In this document: positions 63,296-64,000 of the stretch, one piece after another | Position numbering within the stretch: position 1 is the first letter of the stretch | How the letters are laid out: every line of letters begins with the position of its first letter | Source: Obrimoposthia wandeli | Lineage: Eukaryota | DNA: 64,000 nt | NCBI GenBank assembly: GCA_977020255.1 | Contig: CDROCS010003840.1 | Coordinates: 62,001 to 126,000 of the forward strand | Direction: 5' to 3' | Translations under genes and position numbers: made by a program | The notes under the pieces: generated by a model | What the model was told of the DNA's origin: nothing | What the model saw: only the letters and a program-made list of their open reading frames with translations | The model's database searches: none

Positions 63296-64000
63296 TTAAC
63301 CAGCAATCTTGGTTAATACTTTCATCAGTAGTTTAATGCGAGGTTCGATAGTATCGAGCTCTAAGTACTCATCAGCACTGTGGAAGCCTGCACCAGCAGG
63401 ACCAAGGCCATCAAGTGTTGGAATGCCCATTACCGCGGTTAGGTTAGCATCTGAGCCACCACCCACTTCTTGCCACTTAATATCGATACCAAGCTCTTTG
63501 CCTGATTCTTCAACCAATGCCATCAGTGCTTCTGTTTTCTCTGTTGGTACCATTGATGGTTTATGCGCTTCACGTTCAACCGTGATAGTCACGCCTTCAA
63601 CAAAGGGTGTTTCTGTTAGTGCACGAATCTTCGCATCAGCTTCAGCGTATTCGTCGTTATCCCAGAAACGTACATCAACAACCGCTTCTGCTGAATCAGG
63701 TACGATATTCGCACCAGCACCACCTTTGGCGATACCGACATTTAACGTAGTACCTGATTCAAAATTGGTTAGATTGTTTATCGCCAAAACCCAGTTAGCC
63801 ATTTCAGTGATAGCACTACGACCGTTCTGCGGTTCGTTGCCAGCATGCGCGGCTTTACCTGCGAATGTTAGGCGGTAACGCGCCATTCCTTTACGTGCTT
63901 TCACTAAAGAGCCATCAGCACGTGCAGCTTCTGCAACAAGTACATTTTTTGCATTTACGGCAACGCTTTTTAGCCATGCTTCAGAGTGCAATGAACCAAT
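63296..64000 (-). CDS. M20-family metallopeptidase (glutamate carboxypeptidase-like), 3' part; gene starts beyond the window
   Basis: Frame open to the window end (IGSLHSEAW); GKAAHAG, TLNVG, GGGSDAN, TLDGLGPAGAGFHSADE. Confidence 0.92.
   Translation of the reverse strand: MGSLHSEAWLKSVAVNAKNVLVAEAARADGSLVKARKGMARYRLTFAGKAAHAGNEPQNGRSAITEMANWVLAINNLTNFESGTTLNVGIAKGGAGANIVPDSAEAVVDVRFWDNDEYAEADAKIRALTETPFVEGVTITVEREAHKPSMVPTEKTEALMALVEESGKELGIDIKWQEVGGGSDANLTAVMGIPTLDGLGPAGAGFHSADEYLELDTIEPRIKLLMKVLTKIAG

Noticed and set aside
63309-63878. 189-aa plus-strand ORF
   Set aside because: Antisense shadow of the M20 peptidase; Ser/Ala/Pro-rich composition typical of reverse frames.

Overview
Core-chromosome segment of a Vibrionaceae bacterium, most likely Photobacterium. 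This assignment is inferred from the long Vibrio-type FadR, a rhombosortase, a TIGR02647-like gene and the AT-rich composition; the species cannot be fixed from this window. Gene order: tig(3' part)-clpP-clpX-lon-hupB-ppiD-comEA, a yeaR-like gene plus a small ORF, rhombosortase/DTW, dGTPase-yfbR-alaA, a men operon (menF-D-H-C-E, no menB), MFS-acyltransferase/TetR, TM2, Tim44, Cys-cluster genes, dusC, yecA-nudG, dsbB-nhaB-fadR, yeaG(prkA)-yeaH-ycgB(spoVR), yeaD-gapA-msrB, ansA-sppA-fadH-ydjA-selD-mnmH-topB, a GGDEF protein, yejM-yejL-yejK, a membrane-anchored tandem-Hpt protein, a ygbA-like gene and a partial M20 peptidase. I found no rRNA, tRNA, CRISPR array, transposase, integrase or prophage gene. 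Most notable: (1) menB is missing and about 11 MenB-like codons appear fused in frame to menC; (2) a stand-alone membrane protein has two Hpt domains but no kinase or receiver domain; (3) readable nitrosative/anaerobic regulatory sites: an NsrR box over the yeaR + 64-aa ORF promoter, and perfect FNR boxes before selD-mnmH and ygbA; (4) an apparent stop-loss in alaA. All family assignments come from recognising sequence and motifs by eye; no database search was run.
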